From contig JBHGNT010000010.1 in NCBI GenBank assembly GCA_043228905.1, positions 22,072,001 through 22,136,000 on the forward strand: 64,000 nucleotides of DNA, given 5' to 3'. Positions within the stretch are counted from its first letter, which is position 1, and every line of letters starts with the position of its first letter. Positions 50,774 through 64,000 of this stretch are shown piece after piece. The DNA is from Azolla caroliniana. Taxonomy: Eukaryota; Plantae; Polypodiophyta. The translations under genes were made by a program, and so were the position numbers. Under the pieces are notes generated by a model that saw nothing but the letters and a program-made list of their open reading frames with translations, had not been told where the DNA came from and searched no databases.

Positions 50774-52143
50774 ATGGATCAAACAAGGATATGGCCCCTT
50801 GTGAAATAGTACTTGTATAGATGCTATGGAAGCGCAGGAAACCAAAAGCCAATGTCTTATGGGTGGTAGCCATGGAGAGCTCAAAAGCTAACTTTCGTTG
50901 TATCATATATTCTTATAGAGCATAAACAACAGTTATGCACTGTATATCTTAAAATGTTGAACAAAAACATAAAAATGGTGCTTTCTTTGAAAAGCTCCTT
51001 GAAAGGAATGTATGCATTCAAACGAGGAGAAATTTTGTTTACAAATATATAGGATGAAGTTTTCACATTATCAGTCATCCAATGCCCCAACCAACAATAC
51101 ACGCTGCTTATAGAGCATAAACAGCAGCATTCATGTATCATAAAAAGACGATTACATAACATAAAAGTTGTGCCCTTTCTGCAATGCTGTGTGAAAGGAA
51201 TGTATACATGCACAGGGGAAAGATTATTTGTTTCTGACGAAATGTGGTGTTTCTAGGATGAATAGAAGACCGGGGTTTACACATTGCACTATCAGTGACC
51301 CAAAGCATATGTAAGGTAGTCATGAGACCCTTGTCCTCCTAAGTACAGTTTTCATGCATATTATGTATGGTTATTTGTAAGTCGAAATAAAAATTAAGCC
51401 AGCTTGAAAATGACTACCAAATGTGCACGGAGTTGTCAATAACCTAATGTTGACTTAGCAATGATCTTGAATTTGAGGATACATGAAATAAATTGATGAA
51501 TGAGACGTACCTACTAGAGCAATTTAATCCAATATTCAGCAATATATCCAAAAAGTACTACCCTAGACACTTCCCCAATGATATGGTCAAACAGTAGATT
51601 GCACAAGAATGTAGAATCCATTTACTATGACTTCTAAAATGAACTGGGCTAACCATCCCAAAACAATGTTCCTAATGGATACTGATATACCTCGTGAGTG
51701 TGGCTTTCCATTGAATGTATTCACTACCCTGTGGATTAACTGCTTGGTAGCCACCTAGATGATCTTTACTAGTTCATCATAAAGAGAAACATGCATCAAT
51801 TTTAAGGTAAAACAAATGTAAAAGAGAAATTTTGTACAAGAAACTACAGAAAAAGGTGAATGCTTTCTACGTCATGGGCTCAATAACATTAGTAGATGAA
51901 GAATAACTTCAAATAATAAACAACTCTCTTTAATACATGTTATCTTTGTTAATATTTGTTGTACTGAAAAGGACACTAAATTTCCCAAAATTCATCTGCT
52001 AAAATTCACAAGAAAAGGATCTGAGACTTCTTTGCTGTTTGCTTGAAGTTGAGAAGCAGGTGAACTGTAAGCATAATCGATGAATTTTCCTTTTGTTAAT
52101 TTAAGTTGAGAATCATAGAACAAACAATACACAATGAAATTCC

Positions 52144-55100
52144 TCAGACTTTTTTCCTTTGCTTGAAATTGAATAGCAGTTCTTGTTTTTCTGCTTCAGA
52201 TACGGATAACAGCCATCTAGAGAACTGAGTCTTATCCATGCCCTTAAAGCTAGCTAGGGATGCAAACTGATCTTCCTTGCTCAAAGGTTTCCCTTCGCCA
52301 ACCTTATCTAAACCTGCCTTCAACTTTGAATGATCGTTCTTTAAACACTGATTTTCTTCTTCCAAACCGTCAAAAATAACTCTGGAACTGTTTTCCTCTT
52401 CTAGGCATACCATCTGCTGTTCAGACTTTTGCTTGCTGTTGGGAGATACTCTATACTTCGCCTTTGACATACAATTCACAACATCTTCATTTCGGTGTGC
52501 ATATACAACTCCTGAAAAATGCATATACACAATCCATGGATTTAAGTTTGCAACACTAACAGCTAGTGTTGTATTAATTAAGCTAAATGAAAGACGCCCA
52601 GCAGAGATAGAATAGCATTAACTTTCAACATTTTAATTTCCTTTCTTCTGATTTACAGTCCCTGTTAAAGAAAGCTCAGCAATGAACCTCATATTTGTGC
52701 AGTCTGTGTGCACACTAGGAGATGTAATTTGAAATTTTCAACAAGGAAGACACCTTATATAAGAGGAATATCATGCAAGGCGGGAAACAAATAATAAAGG
52801 ACATAAAATGGATTCAAAAGAAACACACCTGCATTTCTTAGCACTAAAGCAACCTTGTTCTTTTGAGCTGGTTGATTCTTACAAGGTTGACTCAGCTTCC
52901 CAGATCTATCTGTTCCATCCATGGCTCTTGCATTTCTTCTTTGACTGATTGTCAATCCTTTATCATTCCTAGCTCTATTTCCTTTAGCAGCATAGCTCAG
53001 TATTCTTTTGTCATGTTCCTCAATAATCTCACTAGTAAATGCTTCCTCAGATAGATCTCTGAATAAATTGCTTATCCCAAAAAGCTCTCCTTTATTATCC
53101 TTGGAGTCCTACATATATTTAAAATAACTTCCAGCATTGAGCAATCTAGTTAATCATTTATGTAAGATCATTATTAAAATGATTAGATCCACTCAAAAAC
53201 ATACTTGTACGCCATCAAAATAACGCTTTTCCAAATTTCCAGAAACTGCAATATTGAAAAGTTGTTGCTTATATATCTGCCTGCTGTAGACAAGTTCTTC
53301 TAACGAGCCTGCAGCAAGAAGCCGATACACTATAACATGTCTCCTTTGTCCAAACCGAAATGATCGATCCTGCGCTTGTAAGTCTTGAGCTGGATTCCAG
53401 TTGGGATCAAAAATAACAACTCTATTCGCGCTCACTAGATTTAATCCCAAGCCACCAGCTCTTGTTGAGATAAGAAAAACCTATAAAATAGTAAATATTT
53501 TTACAAATCACTTTACTATTCACGTATATCTCCACCAAATTCCTGGAACCAAAGAAATTATTAATACTTGCTTGCTTGGACTTCGGTTGAACTCATCCAC
53601 CAGTGATTGTCGCATACTCATGGCTGTAGAACCATCCAGACGAGAAAAACAATAGCCTTTCCTAATTAAGAACTTGTCTAATATATCAAGCATCCTGCCA
53701 AAAACAACATTGTCACAGTGAGACAAGTGTATAAATAATAATTGTCTCACATGTAGGAAGTCATGATAAGCCAAGTGTGGTTATAATTTCTAAATGCACT
53801 TATGTGAGGTCTGAACCTCATGATAGGAATATGTCATAAAAAACGAACTTGGTACCTAACTGAATAACTGAAAAGGAGGACTTTATCACCCTGCTGCAAC
53901 CAATGAGCTAGCAGAAGGTCCAATGCCCTCATCTTGCCGCAGTGCTGAGAATCACTAAGGCCAAGAAAACTCTCATCTTGAGATACACCCCCAATAAGAT
54001 TTGCATCCTCCCCAAAGACAAGCTCAGCAAGCATTTGGTCTTTCTTCTGCTTCTCTGGATCATCTTTTGGATTTGGTTTTATGAGCTCCAGATGATTACT
54101 CACCTAAACACCACAAAAACATAAAAACTCATCAATTCTTAGTTAAGAATGAAAACGACAAATACAGAAAATTCTTAATGTTCATAGTAACATACTTGTT
54201 GTAGCTTTGTCAAGCATGGCAACACCATACAATATGGACAAGAATCACAACCATCCACACTCTCCTTATGCAAATATGACCAAATAATGCCATCTGGAAC
54301 CATTCGATGGCAGCACTCAGCACACATAAGAGGACTGCCACATGTGCAAGGTTTATCCTTATTTATTAGGGACTGAAAATCAGGACTCGCAAGTAAACGT
54401 TTATAAACCTTGCATTGCAAAGAGCTCATTTTACAAAAGATAACATTATCCTCCTTCCCCATCATTAGGTGACCAATAGTATCATGCTTTTCTCTCCGAA
54501 GCAAGTATTTCTTAAGTACTCTGGCCAGATGGAGCCTCCTCTCATCAGCAATGATTACAAACCTTTCTGGTGCACTTATTCTTTGACCTTGTTTTAGAGG
54601 CTCATCGTAGAACTCCCTGAAGTGTTCCCGTGTGCCGAGGCATCCTGGAGCAGCCCAATCGAAGACATTAAAAAGATCCATCATTTTGTTTTGCATTATA
54701 GTGCCAGTGAGCCCGTATCTTCTCTTCGTTCGAATTCTCATACATGCTTTATATAGTTCCGACTTTTCATTCTTTAACCGGTGTGCTTCATCAACAACCA
54801 TACAATCCCAACCAATAGCCAGCAAACAATCACCATGAATCCGGAAAGTATCAAAACTAGTTAGAACGATTTGCAAACTTCCAGATTCTAGCTTATTCAA
54901 TACAGAGTCTCTATGGACACCATGATAGATGGCGACATCAAAGGTTCCCCATGCATGGAACTCTTGCTCCCAATTCCTCAGAACTGAGGTAGGACATATA
55001 ATCAGCACCTGTTTTCTGTGGCATCTCTCCCTTTCCTTTATCATACTTTGTCCAATATGATGACTCTTTAAAATAGCTGCTAAAAAGGCAAGTACTTGAA

Positions 55101-55904
55101 TCGTTTTACCAAGCCCCCTGTAAGGTAATATAGGTCTAACGATTAGGCTACACAAGTGTAAATGTAAGTTACAAAATAGTGCAATATGAATGCTTGATCC
55201 CTTCTTACATATCATCTCCTAGGACACCGCCCTTATTTTCTCTATACAATCGATACAGAAATTTGACACCTTCTCTTTGATGCTCCATTAGACGACTGTT
55301 AATGGATGATGGTACCTAAAATAATAATAATAAAATGTAAGTTCTGCTTATTGTCCCCATTACGTAAGTATAAACCTTAAAAACACAAACACATAGGGCA
55401 GAGAGTTTGTGAGAAAAAACTCACCTGAACAAGCTCTGTGCCTTCTGCATTATTCTGAGACGATAAGATAAGAGGTTCCTGAAGTCCCTCTGATTGAGAT
55501 TGTATAAACATCCCAGCTTCGCTGTCCCTTTCTATTTCCACGATGCTCTGTTCAACAATTTTCTTACTTTCTTCTTCTTCTCCTTCTTCTATCTCTATCT
55601 CTATCTCTTTATCTTTCTCCACAACTACCTCCGGAACAAACCCTAATGCCTCAGAGCCTCTAATTCGCTTATGTGGCCGAATCAGGGTTTCTGCTGGAGG
55701 CTCTATTTGAGCGATCGAACAGGGCAAGAGGCCCAAAGAGGTCTTGTGAAGATGTTGGACTGAGGCTATCTGATCTCTCAGACTGCCCTTGGGAGGTCTC
55801 TTCTGCCATCGCTCCTGCTTCTGTTTTTCTTCTCCTCTCTCGTCTTCTCCCTTGAGGAGATTGGCCGAATGCAGAATCGTCTGTTTGAAATCCTTCAGCG
55901 ACAT
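52144..55904 (-). CDS. SWI2: SNF2-family helicase SWITCH2/CHR9 (ERCC6L2-like), multi-exon
   Basis: MSLKDFKQT N-terminus, LGDDM|GLGKT, DEAHRLKNEKS, GLTGTIMQN, LVSANRVVIFDPNWNPAQDLQAQDRSFRFGQ and GVVYAHRNEDVVN, separated by GT-AG introns. Confidence 0.92.
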
Positions 55905-57027
55905 CGCCTCTGATTACATCCAAAAACTTGAGAACACTCGCCATCTATCTACAAACATGCATACATACATATACATACATATACACGGTGACATACGTAT
56001 GTTATGTATATGTCGTTTTAGGAAATTACATGCATACCCCTCGTGCTCATAAGTCTCCTTGGCCTTCTTTTATGTTGGCTTCAAAGCACAACTATAGCTT
56101 AGCTATAGGCACATTGGTGTATTCCGAGTTGTGAGCGTAATAGGCTATATAGCTAGAGAGAGCCAAGATCCCATGATGGGCACTCCTTGACACACTGAGA
56201 AAGGCAGTTGTCGAGCCTTATAACGTCACATGTGCTCCACCTTGCTTATAGGAGCTCATATTGTTGTGTGGCCAAGGAATATTGCTTGGAGGTTGTATGT
56301 AGCACCCGTCCTTGGAAACATATGTAACGAGGAGTGGTGATGAATTAGTAGCAAACATAGTTGCATGTAGTCAATCGTACTTGTTTGGGTATATGCTTTA
56401 CCTCACATGCATAAACTCGCAAATGGTTGGGGCTAGGGTTTTGCCCATCTTCTAACTATACCTTTCATTCATGATAAGCCCATAATTTTCAAGATTAAAG
56501 TGAGTGCATGTAAGGGATGGACTCTTTCCCACACGAGAAGATGTCTAAAGTTTATCATGCCTTCGCTCAAATACATGTTTATTAATCAAATTTGAGAATA
56601 ATTGCTTAATTAATGAAAGGAAATAACATAACAGGGAAAAAAACACCTGAAGAGTTATATGGTTTTACAAGGCTTGGACACCTCTGAGACGACCTATTAC
56701 ACACATTGATATCAACAATGCTTGGTAGATCAGAACGGACCATTGACAAAGAAAATTTGTGATTGCCATAGAGAAGTCTAATTGAAGGAAATTTCATATA
56801 AAATTATGACTGCAGAGATATTAACAAATGATATAACGAACATTAACTAATAGAAAATTTTAACTCGGATTACTTGATGTGTTTGTGTAATTAGCATATT
56901 CAATATTTGAATTCGAATGAAAAGAGGGGCATTCTTGTAATTAAGGGAAACCAGACCATCTCATTTGTAAGGTTTCCCGTTTCTGGAAGTTGACGATTCG
57001 ATTCAGAGACAGAGAGAGAGACAGAGA

Positions 57028-59663
57028 ATGTCATGCAGGAAATCCAAAGCGAGACATCTGACACTGCACATTCATCGCCCTTTCACACTGCAAGCTTCCG
57101 GAAACTTCCATGGAAGCTTCCATACTTCGCAAGGGATCAGTCTGGCCTTCAGGTATTCCATAGTCTTCCCGCTTCTTTTCTTTGTTTGTTTCAGTGCCCC
57201 AATCTATTTGGATATTTACTTAGTACCTTTCTAAACGCCCGATTGTTTACCAAAATACCCCTAGGGTTTCAAAAACCTACCAGAATACCCCATGAGTGGT
57301 ACACAATTTAGCATTACATGAGGATTCATTCTAGCCATTTTTGAAAACTTCAGAGTATTCCAGTAAACGGGCATTCATTCTAGTAAGATTTTAAAAACTT
57401 CGGGTATTCTGGTACATGGGATATTCATTCTAGTAATGTCTTAAAGAATTTAGGGATATTTGGGTGTTTTTGCTCATGTTTTGATTGATATAACGGCTCT
57501 CTTTTGCTTCACTTTTGCTAGAAATGGTGATGGTGGCGAGATTGTCTTATCACCTCATAATAACAACACCTCAATGCAGGTTTCACATGTTTCTTTTTAC
57601 TTACGTTGAATGGATTTTATTTCCTTTGATTGCCTAGAATTGGATGCATATATGTGCGGAGGGAATGTGAAAAAGAAAACACTTTGGAAACACATAGAAA
57701 CAGACATTAGAATTAGGGCCATTACATTGCCAATGATTGTCTCAGCTTGATTAGTTTTCCTTTACATAATGAACCATACTTGTAATGTCAGATTACATAA
57801 TTATGCATATAGAACATGAAACTTATATAATTAGGCATGCAACATTAGTTCAACACGCTCGCATCAAATCCCGTTTAACAAATTATGCATATAAACCTGA
57901 GTTGGACATGCCTGCATTAATGTAGACTGTAAAAATTAGTTATTGAAAAACATGGGTCAACCATAACTGGCCACTGCAGATCTGGTTATGTGGAAACTGA
58001 TGCAATGCTCAATTTTTATGTTTTTATGCTTGACAGTTGTCTATTTCACTGTTGCCTTTTCTATATATTTGTCTGGCTCTTAGTGTTTCCCAAGCAGATG
58101 CTATTTCTTTCAATGCTTGGCTTATGAAAACTGAACTCGTAAACACATGTTAAGTAGGAACTATTAATTATAATATTGTTGAATAAGGTAAGAACTTTGA
58201 AGAATGTCTGCAAATATATGAAATATATCTAAAGTTCCAACCAATAATGGATTAACTAGGTTGAACTCATGACCTCATGGTTTTAAACCCGGTTTTTTAC
58301 CACTAAACCTAAGGCTATTATTAAACAATGTATTCTCCATCCCCAATTGACTTATCTTTTGGTAAATGGTGCAATTAACTTCTCTGTAATCACACTCAGT
58401 TGGTTTCTGTATTTTTTTAATGTGATCATCAATTTACAGATTTCTTCAACTTGAACTCTCTAACAGGTGATGATAGGTGATGTGAAACTCACATTACAAA
58501 TGAACCAAGCAACAAATAGTGGTATGCATGGCTCGCCATTGATTGATGGTAGAAACCCTAGGTGAGGATATAGAATTTATTTAAATCTTCATGCAATGCA
58601 TGTAATCCTAAATGTAAAGTAGTCAATGGTAGGCTTCATTGGTATTTCCGTTTGAAATTCTTGAATTAAGGGGTATGTGAATGCCCTTGTGAGAAAGAGG
58701 GTGGGTGGTCTTCGGAAAAGAAGTCTTGAATAGTCTATGATAATCAGTGTCGACACGTATATTCATGCCTAGGATTGTCTAGGGTTATCAATAGATTGTT
58801 ATTATTTTAACAGTAGTTACACATTTCACCCTTTTGATGGAGCATTTAGCATACAACTTCGGAGAGTGGTGCCTCCATACATGTTACCTAATGATCCCTC
58901 TTATGAATGCATTTGAATATGTTTACCTGTGAGTATGTAGAGTTATCCATGCAAATGGCTGATTATGTTTGAGTACAAGTTCCTCCAAAGCAAGAAATGA
59001 AATTGAGTGGTATCGAGGTAATGAAACGATAGTAATTATAATAGTTTATACACCCCTGACTTCCGGGAGATGGAGGCAGCCCATCAAATATTTTTCATCA
59101 ATGAACACACATCTGAATGAATTTGAATAAAACTGATGCTCATGGCCCTTATAGTGTTGGAACTACACATAGGATAATTGGAACCATGTGGCTAGCAGAA
59201 TACCTCCGTGTATGTCTACAATTATACATCTAGTATGGCATAGGTATATGCATTATTTAAATTCACATTATTATGTTTGGAAGTGGAATCACTAAGAAGT
59301 ATATGGTATCACGTGAAACCATTGTTGGAGACTTGGCAGTGAAAAATATGTTTAAAAGCATTTTTTGGATACCTTCATGCATACATTTCCTGAAGATTCC
59401 AATTTTCATGAGATGCAAATTAAGTTTTTGACCTTTGTTGGCTTGTAATTTGTTATGTAGGGTGAATTATATGACTCCGACCTTATCATATCTGATCAAC
59501 TCAAGGTAATCCACATGCTTATATTTGTATATTTTGTAACTTTCTGTGAGGAGGCGTGTTTAGTTGCCATGCCCTAAAGTTTTCTGCATTTCTAATAATG
59601 ACATGGTGGTTTTATTCTTGCAGAACTACACAACTTTTAAAAGAAGAAATTAAATGGCAATAA
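57028..59663 (+). CDS. Hypothetical 5-exon orphan ORF (~120 aa)
   Basis: Candidate exons 57028-57152, 57522-57579, 58467-58561, 59461-59505 and 59624-59663 join in phase with GT-AG. No recognisable homology. Confidence 0.25.
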
Positions 59664-60329
59664 GCAATCCCAAACAAAGCATGGTTGCACATTGTAACCT
59701 TATTCTTCATCAAGCATTAGAAGTCATAGCAAAGACTTAAATGTAGAATATCTGGTATAATTGACTTGGCGTGTTTAAAGGGAAAATAAATGTGTATCTT
59801 GTACAATTAACTACACCTCTATGTCAATTTATTTGCGCAATGCAATGTAATTTGATAATCAATTGTAAATATCATCCCACCTAATCAATTGTACCTTTTT
59901 AATATCTGTTTTAATAATCTGTCCAAACTTAGCACTCATTGCGCACCATCCATTGGGTTTAGGTTCAACATTCAAAAAATGAGATGAGAATTCAAAGGTC
60001 AAGGGAAGCACTTTGATAGGTTTGGAGTTTAGGAAGAGAAAATTTGAAGCTCATGAGAAGGCCTTCAATGACACATAAATAACGTCATGTCTCCTAGGAG
60101 CTAGAATTGGTCAACATATAAATAATACGTATCATTCCTGTGTACAAATTTAACGACTATGGTAGAGCCACTGAATTTTCTACAGATTAGTGGATGACCA
60201 TGAACACATGTCTAGTGTCTGTGGAGTTTTGCATTAGTAACTTTCAAAGTTCAAACCACATTACAAGACACAATCTTGAATCCTACCCCTTGAGAGCATG
60301 GTTTCGATTCAATGATATGAAGAGTGCAG

Positions 60330-61830
60330 AGAGATTGGTCAACACATATCTGCACACATAAAGGTTTGGGAGATATCACTCAACACGAGGTCCCATCTTC
60401 TTCAAGGGGGAATCCTACATCTGCTTGTAAATATGGCAGCAGATTGATGAACTTGTAAACCCTCAAATCTTTGAAGCCACTACGCACCAACTTAATCTAA
60501 CATTGATTACAAAAGTCCAGAACGATTTGTAATCAAATATCCTTTTGTATTAATTCCCACTCTTTACGTGTGTCACTATTCAAATATCTTGCGCAGCATC
60601 CTGTATTTTGACTTCTGATTAGGAAAGTTAAAACGTACATTGCTAAGATCTGCAGTCTTTGCAGCTTCCATGCCCAATAATTGAGCTACAAACTCAGGTG
60701 GCACAGCACTTCCCAACCAGATAATAAATTGTAAACCGTCATTTATAAGAAAAACACCATGAGAATCCAACCTTTGAGCTGTGAGTGGTAGAGGCTGAAT
60801 GGAATTAATTGATTTCTCCACTACCCTTCAAGCACAAAGTTAAAATACATAAATATCTAGAAACTCTGCATCAATTCAGACTTGAAAAAGAACAATATTG
60901 AGATTTCCTTTACCTTAACACGATGTTCATCTGGTTGAAACATGGTTGGATAAAGGAAATCTAGAAGACGGGGCATACCTGTAAAGGATTAGGATGACAA
61001 TGTCAAAATATATCGAACAGAATATTTCATCAGGATATGAAATCCTTGAATTTATGACTCCAGGTTTTAACGGCGAATCCTCAGTACAGCCTCCCTAGCT
61101 GTCTCTCTTGTAAGATCCTTAGCAAGCTCATAGGTAAATTTCTGTTCATTTAAATGTGAATGAAATAAGGGATAAACGTAAGACTTGTCCTGCAATATAT
61201 TTTGCTAAAGTACCTTACCTGAGATAAAGAAACCAAGGCTTAGCCAAAACCATTGGACTATGTTGTTGTCTTAATTATAAGGCATTTTCTTCTTAAACAG
61301 TTGCACAAGGATCAACCTAATGATGCCAAATCAATGTAACTCTCAGCGAATGCATGTAGGCTGACACCGATAAGGCATTTTCTTCTTAAACAGTGGCACA
61401 AGGATCAACGTAATGATGCCAAATCAATGTAACTCTCAGCAAATGCATGCAGGCTGACACCAATCTGGAATTTGGAAAAATCAATGGCCATTTGTTCGAA
61501 AAATGGTTCTTCGGAATTGCATATAGATATTAGAAGCTTCTTTGTCAGACCCATGAAATAAAAAACCATAGTGTCTATACAAATAAATATGTGCATGTAT
61601 GCTTAGATTCATTTGTTCATGCATGCTTCTTTGCATGTTTATTTGTAAGAAGCTAGAAAATCTGAAGAAGCTAGAAAACTCACATTTCAGGCGATAACAA
61701 AACCATAGTCCATTTAAAATGGCCATATATGTATGAAATATCCATGAATGAATGAATGAACATATGGCTCTTAGCATTCAATATATGCCTCAGTTTCTTC
61801 TAAGCGTGTACCATACACATCACTAAATCC
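60330..61830 (-). pseudogene. SEC24: SEC24 (COPII coat) pseudogene, heavily deleted
   Basis: Fragments EEPFFEQMAIDFSKFQIGVSLHAFAESYIDLASL, YELAKDLTRETAREAVLRIR, MPRLLDFLYPTMF and LPLTAQRLDSHGVFLINDGLQFIIWLG. Large parts are missing, with stops and a ~90-bp tandem duplication at 61280-61460. Confidence 0.8.
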
Positions 61831-62491
61831 TAAATATTTCTTTGAACTCAATCCAAACATGCATATTATTATTATAAGTGGATAAATAATCATCTTTGTT
61901 ATGACAAAAGGAATAAAAAGCTATTAAAAATGAGAAAATCTAAGCTATGATAGAGATTGGTCCTAAGAAGTGGTCAACAATCCATTCATCCCTTTTAAAG
62001 GTTTGGTGGTTTGGCTGGGGTCAGTTCAACCTTGAGCTTCCTTAACTGATTTGAGCTTGGTTCCAAACCGAACATGTTTGGGCCCAACTGGTTAAGGCTT
62101 AACTGGTTGCCGATTCCTACTTGCAAATTACAACTCATGACAATGTGGAGTTGCTTTAGTGGTGTAACACCAATCACGCATCAAGATATTCATTGATCAA
62201 CCCATTATTCAAGCCCACGTAATTACCAATAAACTTTTACTCTTCTTTTTTAACTTTTTCATGGTTCCAAAATATAGCTTGTTTCATCCTTCAAAAGATC
62301 ACAACTGTTCCTTCTCTTGCTTTTCTTAACAGTGGAACTAAACAAAGAAACATGTAATTTCATGGGGCTTTCATGGGCATATAAGAACAAATAGGGGCCT
62401 CAAACCTCGTGTAGAAGACAATTTTTTTGAATAAACGGAAGTGTCTTACAAATTCAGGTTACGTTATTTTTTTTGGATATTTTGCGAGTGT

Positions 62492-62723
62492 CTATGGGAT
62501 AGACGTGATGTTGATATTTTGTAGTTTGTAAGTTATATCCGCTCCATTTTTCTTATGCTGGATTTCGATGGACCGCGACGCTTGAAGAATTAGCTCAGAA
62601 TGTATATGTAAGCATGCCATAGCCATCTGCAATATAAGAAAGCCAGGCATATCATTAATTTACATGATTTAATTGGAACGGAAAAGGGGGGAAAGAAATG
62701 CCTGAGTCTTCACCCCCTCACTA

Positions 62724-62755
<32 letters not shown>

Positions 62756-64000
62756 ACATACAGATGAACATTCGGTGTCTGAATCCTCATCCATAACTTT
62801 CAACGCCCAAGCACGAATCCAGTCAAGGCCACCCAATATTTCTGCAGACTCCATAATATGTGATGGATGCAGAGAAATCATGACACGAGATGCAGCATAC
62901 AAAATGGCTCTTTTGACATATGTTTCTGGGTGATAAGAAATCTTCCTGTGAGAAAGATATCCAAAGATAGTCAATCCATCTATCTATACACAGAAGCGTC
63001 AAACAATTACTATATTGAAGTTATCTTACCTAGATCTGAGCATATCCAGGAGAGCTGATGCCAAAATAACTGCTTCTGGCTGTAAGGATACACATTCAAC
63101 GCAAACACCAAGCATACATATAAGCCTCCCCAAGACAACAAAATCTCTTCCAAGGAAGTCCACACCATGCTGTATCTTATCATAGTCTCGCATTAAAGGC
63201 AGCATGAATGCACTGGCATAAGGAACAAACTTGTTTCTCCCTGTACTTGGATATTGTGATTGTTTGTAGTGTTTTGCCCGTAGTTCCATTGATTTATGTC
63301 CCCATCTTCTAGTTTTTCCCAAAGGCTTAAACTCACCCTGTAGATAGGGGACTTCTCTCTCATATTTATGGATCAAATTCACCATTGCATTGGGTTCATG
63401 AATTTGCCTCCAAGGGCTAGCTCCAATAGGGCTAAAATTGGTTCCAGGTCCATACCATGTCCTATCCATTTCTACTATTGCATGTTGCCCATGTTGGATT
63501 GGACCCTTGCCAGAAGAACCAACCATAGAACCAAGTGCAGAAAGTTCTCTTGCTGCATCTGACATTACTTCAAGAACTAGAAGCCTCTGGCTTATGTCCA
63601 TGTGTGGAGAATAAAGTTCACGTGCAAACATCTCAACACTCCATGGTGCACATGCTAATAATGCAACTAGCGCATTGAATCTTTTGTTTTCTGCTGCCTC
63701 TTCCTGTCCTTCAACTACAATATCGCTACATCGAACATGTATCAATGCATGAGCCAAATCTGGAGCAATATTTTCCAGCTCCTCAGGCATGGCTCTTATA
63801 AGCTTCTCAACAGCATTAAGTGTTCTCTCTACCTGTTCAACCAAAGCATGGAGAAATCTTTCAAGAAATTACTGTGGTTACATAAAATTATTGGTGTGAA
63901 ACCTCAAGTTGAGGTGAAAAAAAACATCTAAATACAAAGACTAGATCAAATCTCAAAAATAGAAGGAACTTACAAGATCAGGTCGGTCTCCCTTCCGCAG
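62492..64000 (-). CDS. TEL2: Telomere length regulation protein TEL2/TELO2, 3' exons (5' part outside the window)
   Basis: VEQVERTLNAVEKLIRA.PEEL..APDLAHALIHVRC, LYSPHMDISQR, NKFVPYASAFMLP, HGVDFLGRDFVVLGRLI, YVKRAILYAAS and MAMACLHIHSE. Stop at 62492-62494. Confidence 0.9.

Overview
Eukaryotic plant nuclear DNA. The repeat content suggests a non-seed plant such as a fern, but that is inference. The left ~40 kb is a retroelement stack. (i) A decayed Penelope-like element (PLE, ~441-8870, +) has an RT ORF ending without a GIY-YIG endonuclease and a minimal type I hammerhead ribozyme (8582-8633) downstream. It is cut on the left by an LTR-like block (1-440) and split by a Copia element (1129-6510). 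(ii) A second PLE-like N-terminal fragment, a non-autonomous hAT element, remnants of an old duplicate of the DSBA gene and a wax-synthase (MBOAT) pseudogene lie at 9-15.4 kb. (iii) A four-element nest follows: Copia B (15601-39626) contains Gypsy C (20019-38307), which contains Copia E (23449-28856) and Copia D (28876-34667), all with TSDs. Gypsy C has a tRNA-Trp PBS, a 4-bp TSD, and a G_GAT_TTT slippery site plus H-type pseudoknot after the protease. The right ~24 kb is gene-rich: a DSBA/FrnE-like thioredoxin gene, a tRNA-Ala-primed TRIM with an internal hairpin array sitting just upstream of PnsB4/NDF6, SWI2 (SNF2 family), a possible orphan spliced ORF, a collapsed SEC24 pseudogene and the 3' end of TEL2. 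All calls were made by eye; no searches were run.
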